Shown piece by piece: positions 9,473 through 18,289 of a stretch of 64,000 bases of DNA. The position numbers and the translations under genes are program-made. The DNA is taken from IMG/VR virus record IMGVR_UViG_3300045961_000282, positions 1 to 64,000 of that record; one strand, given 5' to 3'. Position 1 is the stretch's first letter, and the number at the start of each line of letters is the position of its first letter. The notes under the pieces were generated by a model. It saw only the letters and a list, made by a program, of their open reading frames with translations. It was not told the DNA's origin and searched no databases.

Positions 9473-9792
9473 GGCTGGGCCTCCTCATCGAGCAGGGCGA
9501 GAACGGCATCAACACGCACCGTATCGATCACCTTGCCTGACGGCACCCACCCGGTGCCGTTCAGCCACTCGTACTCCATGCGCACCGCGTGGGCGGGCAG
9601 CATCACCACCTTTGCCCGCAGGTCGGCGAGGCGTTCTCGTGCAGCATCTAACTCTGAGTTGAGGCGGTGAACTTCACGCGAGCAGTGCTCGCGCTGCTCC
9701 CGCTCGCGCTCCACCACGCGGGCGATCAGGGCGCAGGTGCACTGCAAGGTCAGCGCGGACGCAGCCGGACACGGGGCGTCATGTGCGTTCAC
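9469..9792 (-). CDS. modular array protein (A+D+E)
   Basis: HDAPC..CTCALIARVVERER; DLRAKV; VLALLDEEA. Confidence 0.85.
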   Translation of the reverse strand: MNAHDAPCPAASALTLQCTCALIARVVEREREQREHCSREVHRLNSELDAARERLADLRAKVVMLPAHAVRMEYEWLNGTGWVPSGKVIDTVRVDAVLALLDEEAQP

Positions 9793-10037
9793 TGGGCACC
9801 ACCCATGAACGAACGAGCGATCTGCTCAGCGACATCCAGCCCGTCGAGGTACCACTGGTCAGCCGTTGTCGGGCGCTCGCCGAACTCGGCCTTGTCGGAC
9901 TGGTACCGGGCGTCGATGGCCGCCGCGATCTCCTCGGCGACAGCGGCGCGGATAGCAGCGACGCGCTCGCAGTCGCAGAACGCCGGGTTGGTCCACGACG
10001 GGTCAGCGCAGCGGCACATGGGGTCGTGGTCACTCAC
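9789..10037 (-). CDS. modular array protein (A)
   Basis: MSDHDPMC..FCDCERVA. Confidence 0.8.
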   Translation of the reverse strand: MSDHDPMCRCADPSWTNPAFCDCERVAAIRAAVAEEIAAAIDARYQSDKAEFGERPTTADQWYLDGLDVAEQIARSFMGGAQ

Positions 10038-10234
10038 CGCTGGGCCTCATCGAGCAGGGCGAGGACGTCGGAGCGGAGCAGCAACTCGCTCCCGAGAACC
10101 TCCCACGACGGCAGTGCCTCCACCTTCGCCCGCAGGTCGGCGTAAACGCGGGCGATCAGGGCGCACTGGCAGTCGGGGTCGAAGGGATGGTCACGATTGG
10201 GCTTCCACGGACACAACGGATGGTGGGTGGTCAC
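10034..10234 (-). CDS. modular array protein (A+D+E)
   Basis: HHPLC..CQCALIARV; DLRAKVEAL; VLALLDEA. Confidence 0.85.
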   Translation of the reverse strand: MTTHHPLCPWKPNRDHPFDPDCQCALIARVYADLRAKVEALPSWEVLGSELLLRSDVLALLDEAQR

Positions 10235-10707
10235 GGCCGGGCCTCCTCGTCGCGTGGCGCGATGGCGGAGCATGCGTACCCGTTCCCGGCGAGGCTGTGA
10301 TCGATCGTGTGATCCGACCACCAGTGGCCGTACTCCTCGTCGTCGTGCGGGTCCAGCCGTTCACACTGGTACCCCCCGGACTCCCGGTACTCACAGACGA
10401 ACCGGACGGACCGGTCGGCCACCGGGCACCGGTACGGGCGCTCTCCAGCCTCCTCATCGAACAAGGCGAGGACCCATCTCAGTGCTGCGTTGGAGTGCTC
10501 GTGGGTCGTCGGCAGCAGTGCCTCCACCTTCGCCCGCAGGTCGAGCAGGATCTCCTCCCGAAGGCACGCGCGGGTCACCTCGACCATCTCGCCTTGGATG
10601 ATCGGCTGGACGGTGTCGTAGACGGCAGCGATGATCTCCCGATCCGGGTGGTCGAATTTCCCCACGGCCTGCATCGCGGCGTCGATAGCACGCTCGCGGG
10701 CCGTCAT
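10231..10707 (-). CDS. modular array protein (B+D+internal E, fused Cys/His tail)
   Basis: ARERAIDA; DLRAKVEAL; internal VLALFDEEA; second DEEA at end. Confidence 0.85.
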   Translation of the reverse strand: MTARERAIDAAMQAVGKFDHPDREIIAAVYDTVQPIIQGEMVEVTRACLREEILLDLRAKVEALLPTTHEHSNAALRWVLALFDEEAGERPYRCPVADRSVRFVCEYRESGGYQCERLDPHDDEEYGHWWSDHTIDHSLAGNGYACSAIAPRDEEARP

Positions 10708-11150
10708 GGCTTGGCCTCCTCATCGAACAGGGCGAAGACCTCATTGCGTTCGATCAGGGCGAATGTCGTCAACTCTCCGTCGATCATGCGCGCTCCAGTG
10801 CCGCGCGTCCGCAGCCCCTCCACCTTCGCCCGCAGGTCGGAGAGGCGGTCCTCCGCTCTGGCCGCGTCTGCCTGAGCAAGCCCCAGCGCCTCTACCGCTT
10901 CATCGCCGCGCCGCTGTTCGTCGGCGCGGATGATCGGCTCGGTTGCCGCGAGGACAGCCGCCGCGCGGCCCCGCGCCCAGTGGACCGCTGAGCACTCCCT
11001 CTCGGATTGATTGGCGAACGGCGCCCACTCGTCAACGAACAGGGTCGATTTGTGCGCCACGCAGACGTCTCCGAACCGCTTGCACGGGTTGTCGGTTCCT
11101 AGCAGGGCGTTCGCTCCAGCCTCAATGGCCCGCTCTCGGGCGCCGCTCAT
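10704..11150 (-). CDS. modular array protein (B+C+D+E)
   Basis: ARERAIEAG; EPIIRADEQ; DLRAKVEGL; VFALFDEEA. Confidence 0.85.
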   Translation of the reverse strand: MSGARERAIEAGANALLGTDNPCKRFGDVCVAHKSTLFVDEWAPFANQSERECSAVHWARGRAAAVLAATEPIIRADEQRRGDEAVEALGLAQADAARAEDRLSDLRAKVEGLRTRGTGARMIDGELTTFALIERNEVFALFDEEAKP

Positions 11151-11686
11151 CGTCCAACCTCGCAGTCGTACCGTTCCTCGTCCTTGATCCACACGCAGTT
11201 CTCATGCGTGTGCACGTAGTCCGGATTGTCGGCCTTCCCATCCAGCAGGGCGTCGATGGCCTCTGCCTCACGGCTGTCCCGCGGGTAGTCGCCAGCCTCC
11301 CCGCCCAACTCATCGAGCAGTTCAAGGGCCTTGGACTTCCAGCAGTCGCACGCTCGGCGCCGCCGACGGAGATCGCGCGGGCTGGCCCACGAGGCACACT
11401 CGTCCTCGCACAGTTCGCTCTGGATCTTCGTCCGCAGGTCGGTGAGGAATCCCTCGATCACCCGCGAGCACATGTGCGTCGCATCCGCCCTCCCCCGTTC
11501 ATCGGCTCGGATGATCGGCTCAGCGCCATCGAGAACCATACGCGCGATGCAGTCCGGGCAGTCCGCGACGCTTTGCGGATCCCATGTTCCCGCGCCGTGC
11601 TCGGGGATCATGCACTTCTCCCTGCGCCATCGCGCGGCGAGGTTGCTCGCCCCGGCCTCGACGGCGCAAACGCGGGCGTCGCTCAT
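11147..11686 (-). CDS. modular array protein (B+C+D+E)
   Basis: DARVCAVEAG; EPIIRADER; DLRTKIQ; ALELLDE. Confidence 0.85.
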   Translation of the reverse strand: MSDARVCAVEAGASNLAARWRREKCMIPEHGAGTWDPQSVADCPDCIARMVLDGAEPIIRADERGRADATHMCSRVIEGFLTDLRTKIQSELCEDECASWASPRDLRRRRRACDCWKSKALELLDELGGEAGDYPRDSREAEAIDALLDGKADNPDYVHTHENCVWIKDEERYDCEVGR

Positions 11687-11770
11687 TTCCGACCCTTCCC
11701 TGCTAGGAACTTCTGGTACGGGTGCCACGGCCCTGCCGAGTACCGGCGCGATGCCATCAGCGCCAACCGG

Positions 11771-12250
11771 TCATGTCGCGTCATCGATGGCTCCGTCATC
11801 AAGCAGGGAAAGGAGGTCATCGACAGCCGCGCGATAACCGACATTCCAAGGGCCAATCCCCTCTGACGCGGTCACCTTCGGCAGCGCCTCCACCTTTGCC
11901 CGCAGATCGGCAACGACGGTGCGACGGACTCCGACTTGGTAGTCGGCGTACACCTGTTCATCGACTGCGCGCCAAGCGCGAAATGCATCGTCAAGGATGA
12001 TCCGCTCGACCGCGTCAAGGACGGTGACGGCGATGGCCCGACGATCCCAGCCACCCTTGAACGTCGCCATCGCCTCCGACCCGGCCTCGATGGCCCGCTC
12101 GCGTGCATCGCCCATCGTCGATCTCTCCGCTCGACCGTCCTGCTCAGGCACGGGCCCCGGCCACGGCACCTCACCGAGCACCGGGCACCGGCCATCGCCG
12201 ACCAGACAGCCGTCCGGCATGCAGTCCATGTGGAGCCGAAGGTCACTCAT
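11771..12250 (-). CDS. modular array protein (Cys N-extension + B+D+E)
   Basis: Internal MGDARERAIEAG at 12115; DLRAKVEAL; LLSLLDD. Confidence 0.8.
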   Translation of the reverse strand: MSDLRLHMDCMPDGCLVGDGRCPVLGEVPWPGPVPEQDGRAERSTMGDARERAIEAGSEAMATFKGGWDRRAIAVTVLDAVERIILDDAFRAWRAVDEQVYADYQVGVRRTVVADLRAKVEALPKVTASEGIGPWNVGYRAAVDDLLSLLDDGAIDDAT

Positions 12251-12599
12251 CGCCAGTCTCCTTGTCCAGCAGGGCGAGGACTTCGCGCAGGGCCACAGCC
12301 GCACCCACGTCGAACGTGTCGTGCGACACCACATACTCGGCGTCGCGTTCTTCAAGCAGTGCCTGCACCTTCGTCCGCAGGTCGGCGTAGATGTGGGCCC
12401 GAGATTCGATCTCGATCGTGGCTGCCAACTCCTCTGCCCACATGCTGCGGCGCTGACGGGAGAGCACGGCCTCCCGCTCGTCGGCGCGGATCACCGGCTC
12501 GGCGGCTTCGACGGCGGCTTCGACTCCGCCACGGATGTCGCTTGCCTTCAACCACGCTTGCCATCCAGCCTCGATGGCGTCGTCGCGGGCGTCGCTCAT
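12243..12599 (-). CDS. modular array protein (B+C+D+E)
   Basis: DARDDAIEAG; EPVIRADER; DLRTKVQAL; VLALLDKE. Confidence 0.85.
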   Translation of the reverse strand: MSDARDDAIEAGWQAWLKASDIRGGVEAAVEAAEPVIRADEREAVLSRQRRSMWAEELAATIEIESRAHIYADLRTKVQALLEERDAEYVVSHDTFDVGAAVALREVLALLDKETGDE

Positions 12600-12811
12600 G
12601 TCAGGGCATCCTCTCGGGCACGACGGTTCTGCACGACGGTGAGCCGGAATGCCACGTTCAGTGGCAGGTCGGACGTGAACTGGCCCAGTGAGATGACCCC
12701 CACCAGACCGGAGAAAATCTCCGCCGATCCGACCAGTACGCCCCACTGGGCGCGACGCAGGAACGGCCTGCTGTGTGCGTGCCGCCACGTGGGCGTGAGC
12801 AGGCCCTTCAC
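12596..12811 (-). CDS. small putative membrane protein
   Basis: Coupled at both ends; hydrophobic core. Confidence 0.6.
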   Translation of the reverse strand: MKGLLTPTWRHAHSRPFLRRAQWGVLVGSAEIFSGLVGVISLGQFTSDLPLNVAFRLTVVQNRRAREDALT

Positions 12812-13203
12812 GACTCCTCGCCCTTTTCCGGTACCACGCCAGACCCCTCATCGAGCATCGCGAGGACGCTGGCTAGGGAGCAGCAGCACGACAGCGCATA
12901 CGGCGCGTACGACAGGTAGCACGCCTCCGGGTGCTCTAGCCCGTCCACCTTCGCCCGTAGGTCGGCGAGGAGGGTCTCGCGGGCCTCGCGCTCCAGTTCG
13001 GGGAGCGAGCGCCGCCAGACCTCGCCGTCGATCTTGACCTGCGCGATCTGCTCGTCGGCGCGGATGATCGGCTCGACGGCGGCGAGAATCGTCTCCGCTG
13101 TCTCATACGCCTCCGCGATCGTCTGGCTGACGTAGTTGTCGCGGCGTCCGGAAAGCCACGCCCTCGCTCCGGCCTCGATGGCCTGCTCGCGTGCGTCACT
13201 CAT
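12808..13203 (-). CDS. modular array protein (B+C+D+A-like+E)
   Basis: DAREQAIEAG; EPIIRADEQ; DLRAKVDGL; HPEAC..CCC; VLAMLDE. Confidence 0.85.
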   Translation of the reverse strand: MSDAREQAIEAGARAWLSGRRDNYVSQTIAEAYETAETILAAVEPIIRADEQIAQVKIDGEVWRRSLPELEREARETLLADLRAKVDGLEHPEACYLSYAPYALSCCCSLASVLAMLDEGSGVVPEKGEES

Positions 13204-13507
13204 GATCGACCACCTCCCACTCTCCAACCAACCGTCGCTCGATGCGCAGGTTTGGTTTGCCCCCGGAGTGCCGAGCACCCATGCGAACGATCTTCAGTCC
13301 GCGCAGGGCCTCCTCGAATGTCCTGAGCCTGCCTGCCACTCGACGCTCGTGGCCACCGTCCATCTTTGGGTCGCCGTCATAGACGATCTCGTACTCCCAC
13401 GCCTGCGTGGCGTCGGCCTTGGCCCGCTCGTCGTCGAGAGCGATTGGGGCGCACTCGCACCACTGCTCTGGTACATGACACTGGCACATCGGGTCGGGAT
13501 CACTCAT
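13196..13507 (-). CDS. modular array protein (A + DGDP-MDG/LRIERR module)
   Basis: MSDPDPMCQC..CEC; C-terminal module shared with 15576-16172. Confidence 0.8.
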   Translation of the reverse strand: MSDPDPMCQCHVPEQWCECAPIALDDERAKADATQAWEYEIVYDGDPKMDGGHERRVAGRLRTFEEALRGLKIVRMGARHSGGKPNLRIERRLVGEWEVVDHE

Positions 13508-13871
13508 CTCCGACCTCCTGCTCGAAGAGGGCGAGAACGGCGTCAAAACCGTCCGTGCGCCCGTTGTGCCACGTCGGAATGATGGCGTCCATGTGCCCAC
13601 CGCTGGCCTGCCTGCGGCTGGCGACGGACTCCTCGCGCAGCACTTCCACCTTCGCCCGTAGATCGGCGAGGACGTCACGCTGAGCGCTGTTCCGAGCATC
13701 GTGGACGACTTGCGTCCACTCGGGCAGCGTCATCCGTTCCCGCTCGTCGGCGCGGATGATCGGTTCTGCTGCGTCGATGACGGCAGCGAGGACTGCTGGA
13801 AGATCGAACGGGCTCAGGCCCGACACTGCCCTCGCCCCGGCCTCGATGGCCTGCTCGCGTGCGTCACTCAT
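13500..13871 (-). CDS. modular array protein (B+C+D+E)
   Basis: DAREQAIEAG; EPIIRADER; DLRAKVEVL; VLALFEQE. Confidence 0.85.
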   Translation of the reverse strand: MSDAREQAIEAGARAVSGLSPFDLPAVLAAVIDAAEPIIRADERERMTLPEWTQVVHDARNSAQRDVLADLRAKVEVLREESVASRRQASGGHMDAIIPTWHNGRTDGFDAVLALFEQEVGDE

Positions 13872-14106
13872 TTCCAACCTCCAGAGGCTCGTTGCCCTTC
13901 GGGTCCCATGGCCGGTGCCAGCGGACGCCCATCCAGAGGAATCCCTTGCACTGCTTCGGGTTCTTCCGGGTGCCTTTGCCGCCGAACTGGCAGCCGCGCT
14001 CCGGATAGACCCCGTGACATCCGTTCTCGTCGTGGCGGAACGCCATGTGCCCGCAGTCGTCGCAGAGCGCGCCGGGGCCGTACGGCTGCTCGGGTGCGTC
14101 ACTCAT
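13864..14106 (-). CDS. Cys/His small protein (CxxCGH zinc-binding-like)
   Basis: CDDCGH..H..GC..C..C. Confidence 0.7.
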   Translation of the reverse strand: MSDAPEQPYGPGALCDDCGHMAFRHDENGCHGVYPERGCQFGGKGTRKNPKQCKGFLWMGVRWHRPWDPKGNEPLEVGNE

Positions 14107-14401
14107 TGCCAGCCTCCTCATCGAACGCGGCGAGAACTTCGGCGCGGTTCACCGCTGGCTCAGAGCCCATGTTCCATGTCAGCAGCCCCTCCACCTTCGC
14201 TCGCAGATCAGCGAGTAGGGCAGCACGCTCCCGTGGGTACAGGTCTACCCATTCCGCCATTTGCTCCCGCTCGTCGGCGCGGATGATCGGATCGATGGCT
14301 TCGTTGAGCATCTCGGCCAGCGCGCCGTCACCGATGGTCTTGTCGAACCGGGCAACTTCCAGCACGCGGCGCAGGGCGGTCAGTGGATCGCGGTCGGTCA
14401 T
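14099..14401 (-). CDS. modular array protein (C+D+E)
   Basis: DPIIRADER; DLRAKVEGL; VLAAFDEEA. Confidence 0.85.
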   Translation of the reverse strand: MTDRDPLTALRRVLEVARFDKTIGDGALAEMLNEAIDPIIRADEREQMAEWVDLYPRERAALLADLRAKVEGLLTWNMGSEPAVNRAEVLAAFDEEAGNE

Positions 14402-14661
14402 GGTTTTCCCTCGGCAATCATTGCGGCCCACTCCGTGTCGTTGGCGAAATCGGAGGGAGTCTCCGCGTCGAGACGCAGGGGACGCCTGCGGTCCGGGTCG
14501 GCTGCGACGGCCCGGATCTCTGCGGCGATCTGCGCGCGCAGAGCCTTCTCCACCACGTCGACCACGGCCAGCCATGGGGTGTCACGATCCATGACGCGGC
14601 TCTTGGGGAAGTCGAGGTAGGCCCGGCGCGCCGCCGCCGCGACCTGCTCTCGTGTCGTCAT
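14398..14661 (-). CDS. modular array protein (B-like)
   Basis: TREQVAAAA; LRAQIAAEI. Confidence 0.7.
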   Translation of the reverse strand: MTTREQVAAAARRAYLDFPKSRVMDRDTPWLAVVDVVEKALRAQIAAEIRAVAADPDRRRPLRLDAETPSDFANDTEWAAMIAEGKP

Positions 14662-14999
14662 TTGACATCTCCGATCAGGTGTTCGGACAACGCGCGGGCC
14701 AAGGGTTCGATGTCGGCCGCCAGCGATTGGGGGATCCCATTCACGAACCAGTCGGCGTATACATCGGGCACGAATGTGCAGTTCTTCGGGTCGTCGCATT
14801 CATGGGCATCGAAGGCGTCCGCGCCCTCCTGTGCGAGGTCGCGCATGATCGCCGTGAGCCGCTCGGGGGACACGATCTCGCGGAGCGCCGCGTTCACGAC
14901 CTCCACCGACACGTCGATGGCGGGCCACCGCCGCCAGTCACCCGAGTGCCGATCCAGCGCCCGCGCCCCCGCAGCGTATCCGTCCTGTCGGGCTGTCAT
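14658..14999 (-). CDS. hypothetical protein
   Basis: MTARQDGY; coupled. Confidence 0.65.
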   Translation of the reverse strand: MTARQDGYAAGARALDRHSGDWRRWPAIDVSVEVVNAALREIVSPERLTAIMRDLAQEGADAFDAHECDDPKNCTFVPDVYADWFVNGIPQSLAADIEPLARALSEHLIGDVK

Positions 15000-15166
15000 G
15001 CCTGTCCCCCTCTGGTGCGATAACGCAAACGGTTCATGTGGGCACGTTGCACGGCGCGGCGCCTGACGGTCCAGACCCAGAACACCGTCTTGGGCCGGGC
15101 ATCGTCCGGCTCGCGCCACGGAATGACGATCGCGACGCTGCCCCGTCGCTGGTAACGGAAGGTCAC
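14996..15166 (-). CDS. small basic protein (56 aa, below cutoff)
   Basis: GTGA/ATGA overlaps at both ends fill the gap exactly. Confidence 0.55.
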   Translation of the reverse strand: MTFRYQRRGSVAIVIPWREPDDARPKTVFWVWTVRRRAVQRAHMNRLRYRTRGGQA

Positions 15167-15579
15167 GGCTGGGCCTCCCCGAGCATGTCGCTGACCATTT
15201 CGAGCGCGGCCACGTAGCCCGCCGCGAACTGCGCCGCGGGCTCGGGGGCGTCGCCGTGCGAATGTGGGCGCAGCGCCTCCACCTTCGCCAACAGGTCGCC
15301 AATGAGTTCGCGGCGGACGTGTGTGGGCAGGTGGTCGATGTGGTTCTCAAGTTCCTCGATGGTCCCTCGGGCACGCGCCCGCTCCTCGTCGCGAGCAATC
15401 GCCCAGACGGCATCGACGACGGCACCCGCCAACGCATCGCGCGCGATGGGGAGCAGGGACAGGGCGCCCAACACCCCACCCGCAGCCTCGATGGCGCGCT
15501 CACGGGCCGGGGCCGCGATGGGTTGTGGGGTGCAGTCGCTGCACGGGCAGTAGGTGCCATGGCCGACGCTGTACGTCAC
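15163..15579 (-). CDS. modular array protein (Cys motif + B+C-like+D)
   Basis: HGTYCPC; ARERAIEAAG; IARDEER; DLLAKVEAL. Confidence 0.8.
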   Translation of the reverse strand: MTYSVGHGTYCPCSDCTPQPIAAPARERAIEAAGGVLGALSLLPIARDALAGAVVDAVWAIARDEERARARGTIEELENHIDHLPTHVRRELIGDLLAKVEALRPHSHGDAPEPAAQFAAGYVAALEMVSDMLGEAQP

Positions 15580-16172
15580 GACTGCACCTCCCACGGCCCG
15601 ACGACGCGGCGCTCGATGCGCAGGTTGACCTTGGGGTCGTGCGTGCTGCGCAGAACCACGCTGTCATACGCGGCGCGCGCATTCGACAGTGTGGTGAACG
15701 GACCGCCGATCTGGCGGCGGGCGTAACTGCCGTCCATCCGTGGGTCGCCGTCGCAGACGATGACCCACTCCTGCTGCACGGTGGCCGAAGGGCTGGCCGC
15801 ATCGAGGGGGCCGAACAGGACTTCGGCGATGCCGACGACGTAGCCCGCGGCGTGCATCCGCTGGCCGTAACCATACGGATCCTCGCGCATGTCCTCGACC
15901 GGCTTCAGTGCGTCCCGCTTGCCCTTGGCCTCGGTCAGCATCTCGTCGACCTTCCCCTGAAGGTTGGCCAGCAGGGTGGTCTGAATGGCCGAGCGCATCC
16001 GCGGCCACGTCGACTCGGCGGCGCGCCGCCCCTCTTCGTAGAAGGTCGGCTCCACGATGTCGATCACCGCGTCGGCCATGTCGCCAAAGGTCGCCGCATC
16101 CCCCTTCGCGTCGATCACGCGCATCAGCGCCTTGATGCTGCGGGCGCGCGCGTTTCTGCGGGCGGTGCTCAT
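15576..16172 (-). CDS. modular array protein (divergent B/C/D + DGDP-MDG/LRIERR module)
   Basis: ARARSIKA; NLQGKVDEM; C-terminus similar to 13196-13507. Confidence 0.75.
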   Translation of the reverse strand: MSTARRNARARSIKALMRVIDAKGDAATFGDMADAVIDIVEPTFYEEGRRAAESTWPRMRSAIQTTLLANLQGKVDEMLTEAKGKRDALKPVEDMREDPYGYGQRMHAAGYVVGIAEVLFGPLDAASPSATVQQEWVIVCDGDPRMDGSYARRQIGGPFTTLSNARAAYDSVVLRSTHDPKVNLRIERRVVGPWEVQS

Positions 16173-16474
16173 GCGTCCCCTCCGGTGTACTTCTTGAGTC
16201 GTTCGTTCTGGCTGCGGCCAAGGTTCGGGCACCCATCCCGTCGGTGCTTGGCCACCCCGCTGTTGGACACGAACCGCGCCCCGCATGTCTGGCAGGCGCA
16301 CGGGTGCCCCCCCAGATGGCGGGCCTGCCACAGCATCGGCCGCTCCACGCCGTCGTAGCCGGTGGCGCCACAGGTCAGGCAGGACACTCGCGCGCTCTGG
16401 CCGAGGTACGCGAACTGGTCGCGCCATCCCTCGGGCGGGTTGAGCATGATGCGCCGGGCATCGACGTCCCTCAT
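16169..16474 (-). CDS. zinc-finger protein (C2H2-like)
   Basis: CLTCG; HPCACQTCGARF....VAKH. Confidence 0.65.
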   Translation of the reverse strand: MRDVDARRIMLNPPEGWRDQFAYLGQSARVSCLTCGATGYDGVERPMLWQARHLGGHPCACQTCGARFVSNSGVAKHRRDGCPNLGRSQNERLKKYTGGDA

Positions 16475-16884
16475 CGCTCCCCCTCCCGACCGGGGATGTT
16501 GGCCAGCAGCCACCTGACGACGGCCCGGTCGTGGATCCACCAGTCGTAGAGACTGTTGCTCGACAGGTCGAGGGCAACCACGGCCTCAACAGGGGAGTCG
16601 AACCACCGGATCTGGTTACGCAGGTCGTAGCACAGCGACACCATCTCCGACCAGTCGGCAGAGTCGTCGTCCGGGAACGGAGTCGCGGCCTCGAAGGCGT
16701 CGCAGCCCGAGCACGACCCGTACCCGATGACGCTGATGCCGAACCGATCTCCGTCGGACAGGATGTAGACCTCGTCGCCCTGCCACGAACCGAACCGCTC
16801 CGAAGCGGTGATCTCATAGCCCCACGACGCGACAAGACCCCCCAGCGAGGGGTCCACCTCGTACCAGTCAGGCTTCGAAATCAC
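16471..16884 (-). CDS. conserved-type phage hypothetical protein
   Basis: GSWQGD and GYGSCSGCD motifs. Confidence 0.7.
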   Translation of the reverse strand: MISKPDWYEVDPSLGGLVASWGYEITASERFGSWQGDEVYILSDGDRFGISVIGYGSCSGCDAFEAATPFPDDDSADWSEMVSLCYDLRNQIRWFDSPVEAVVALDLSSNSLYDWWIHDRAVVRWLLANIPGREGER

Positions 16885-16889
16885 CCATG

Positions 16890-16901
16890 AAGCATAGCAC
16901 G
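16890..16901 (-). promoter_or_regulatory. extended -10 promoter CGTGCTATGCTT
   Basis: TGnTANNNT; identical 12-mer at 22257-22268; lies in a short intergenic gap. Confidence 0.65.
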
Positions 16902-16902
16902 G

Positions 16903-17157
16903 TCATGTGTCAGGACAGACACACGGCAGGTCGCAGACGTGCCTGTCCCGCTCGTCGGTGCGGATCTTGGCCTCAAGGCGCTGCAGCCACCCGTCGCAGA
17001 TGTGCTCGCCCCACGACGCAAGGTCATGGTTGATCGTTCCGATCGTCGCCGACAGCCCCGCCACCGCGTCGTGGGCCTCGCACATCGGGATCGCCCACTC
17101 CAAGTCCTCCGCCGGGTTGCGGCAGCCCGGGACGGCGCAGGGGACTTCTTCAGGCAT
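16903..17157 (-). CDS. Cys-rich small protein with C-like module
   Basis: CAVPGC..CEAH; IRTDER. Confidence 0.65.
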   Translation of the reverse strand: MPEEVPCAVPGCRNPAEDLEWAIPMCEAHDAVAGLSATIGTINHDLASWGEHICDGWLQRLEAKIRTDERDRHVCDLPCVCPDT

Positions 17158-17341
17158 CCTCGACCAGCCGCCGGATCGCCACCAGCACGTCACCTAAGGC
17201 GTCGACTGCACCGTTGCAATACTCCGCTGGCTGACGGTCGTTGAGGCGCCGGTTGCGCCACACATCGCGCAGCAACTCGACCTGCACCTGTACCTCGGTG
17301 AACGCGTCGTCGCGGGCGACGATTGCCTTGTCAATCTCCAC
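17150..17341 (-). CDS. hypothetical protein
   Basis: Coupled ORF. Confidence 0.6.
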   Translation of the reverse strand: MEIDKAIVARDDAFTEVQVQVELLRDVWRNRRLNDRQPAEYCNGAVDALGDVLVAIRRLVEDA

Positions 17342-17780
17342 TAGTGCTCAACCTCTCTCGCATCTGGTCCCACAACCGAACGTCGCCGAACTCATGGGTC
17401 ATCACCTCGCGCCCCAGCAGCGCCTCCGCGCGACGATGGAACTCCTCGGTCGGCAGCGCAAGCGAACCCGTCAGCACCGAGGCGCGGAACGCATCGGCCA
17501 GCGCCTTCTCGGCCTCGGCGCGAACCATAGGCATCACGGCATCGATGACGGTGCTCGCCACGAGGAACCAGTCCGGCCGCCCGTTGCGCAGCGTCGGCGG
17601 CCCGTCGAACATCCGCTCACGCAACTGCGCGACGGCAGCGGTGATCTCCGGGGTCCACTCATCAAGGGACACGTCGCAGGAGATGCACACCTGATGCGCG
17701 CCGCCGATGGTGCAGTGGAAGTTGCCGCACTCGATCCGCTCGGTGGGGCCGTTGCAGCCGGGGCACTCAGGCATCGTCAT
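17331..17780 (-). CDS. zinc-ribbon + C-like module protein
   Basis: CPGC..C..HC..CISC; VIDAVMPMVRAEAE. Confidence 0.7.
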   Translation of the reverse strand: MTMPECPGCNGPTERIECGNFHCTIGGAHQVCISCDVSLDEWTPEITAAVAQLRERMFDGPPTLRNGRPDWFLVASTVIDAVMPMVRAEAEKALADAFRASVLTGSLALPTEEFHRRAEALLGREVMTHEFGDVRLWDQMRERLSTSGD

Positions 17781-18090
17781 CCCATCGGTGACCCTCGGGC
17801 AGGGGGCCGGTGTAGTCGTCGCGCAGCATGCACCGCACGTGTGGCTGCACATGGCTCTTGCACGCGGGACAACAGGTCCGGACGTAGCCGCCTTGGACCT
17901 CCATCTTGTGGTGCGCCATGCGCTCGCGCACCTTGGCGACCGCCACCATCGCCTCGTTCTGCTCGGGGGCAACCCAGCCGTCGGCGACCAGTCGCTTGCG
18001 CTCCCGCTCGGCGACCATGAGGATGAAGTCGCACCGGCAGGGCTCGTAGACCCCAGTGGTGACGCACGGGCAGAACTCATCATGCGACAA
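17767..18090 (-). CDS. modular array protein (A)
   Basis: TTG start after AAGGAG; HDEFCPC..CRCDFI..ERER. Confidence 0.7.
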   Translation of the reverse strand: MSHDEFCPCVTTGVYEPCRCDFILMVAERERKRLVADGWVAPEQNEAMVAVAKVRERMAHHKMEVQGGYVRTCCPACKSHVQPHVRCMLRDDYTGPLPEGHRWDDDA

Positions 18091-18289
18091 GGTGGTGCTC
18101 CTTCTCGTCGATGATGATGAACCGCAGCGGCAGGTAGATGCGGCTCTCGTAGAACCGTACCGCGCCCTTGGCGCTCCGCCGCAGGTAGAACCGCTGGGGA
18201 TCCTCGTTGAAGGTGTCAGCGAGGCGCTGGTTGAACTCCCAGTTCTCCCCCTGCAGCGGCACGGCATGCAGCCGCCAGCGCTTCGTCAC
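18080..18289 (-). CDS. hypothetical protein
   Basis: Coupled ORF. Confidence 0.6.
   Translation of the reverse strand: MTKRWRLHAVPLQGENWEFNQRLADTFNEDPQRFYLRRSAKGAVRFYESRIYLPLRFIIIDEKEHHLVA

Noticed and set aside
8900-15300. CRISPR array or integron-like attC cassettes suggested by recurring ~21-bp repeats
   Set aside because: The repeats are in-frame coding blocks, irregularly spaced by 300-1100 bp and non-palindromic; no cas operon or integrase is present.
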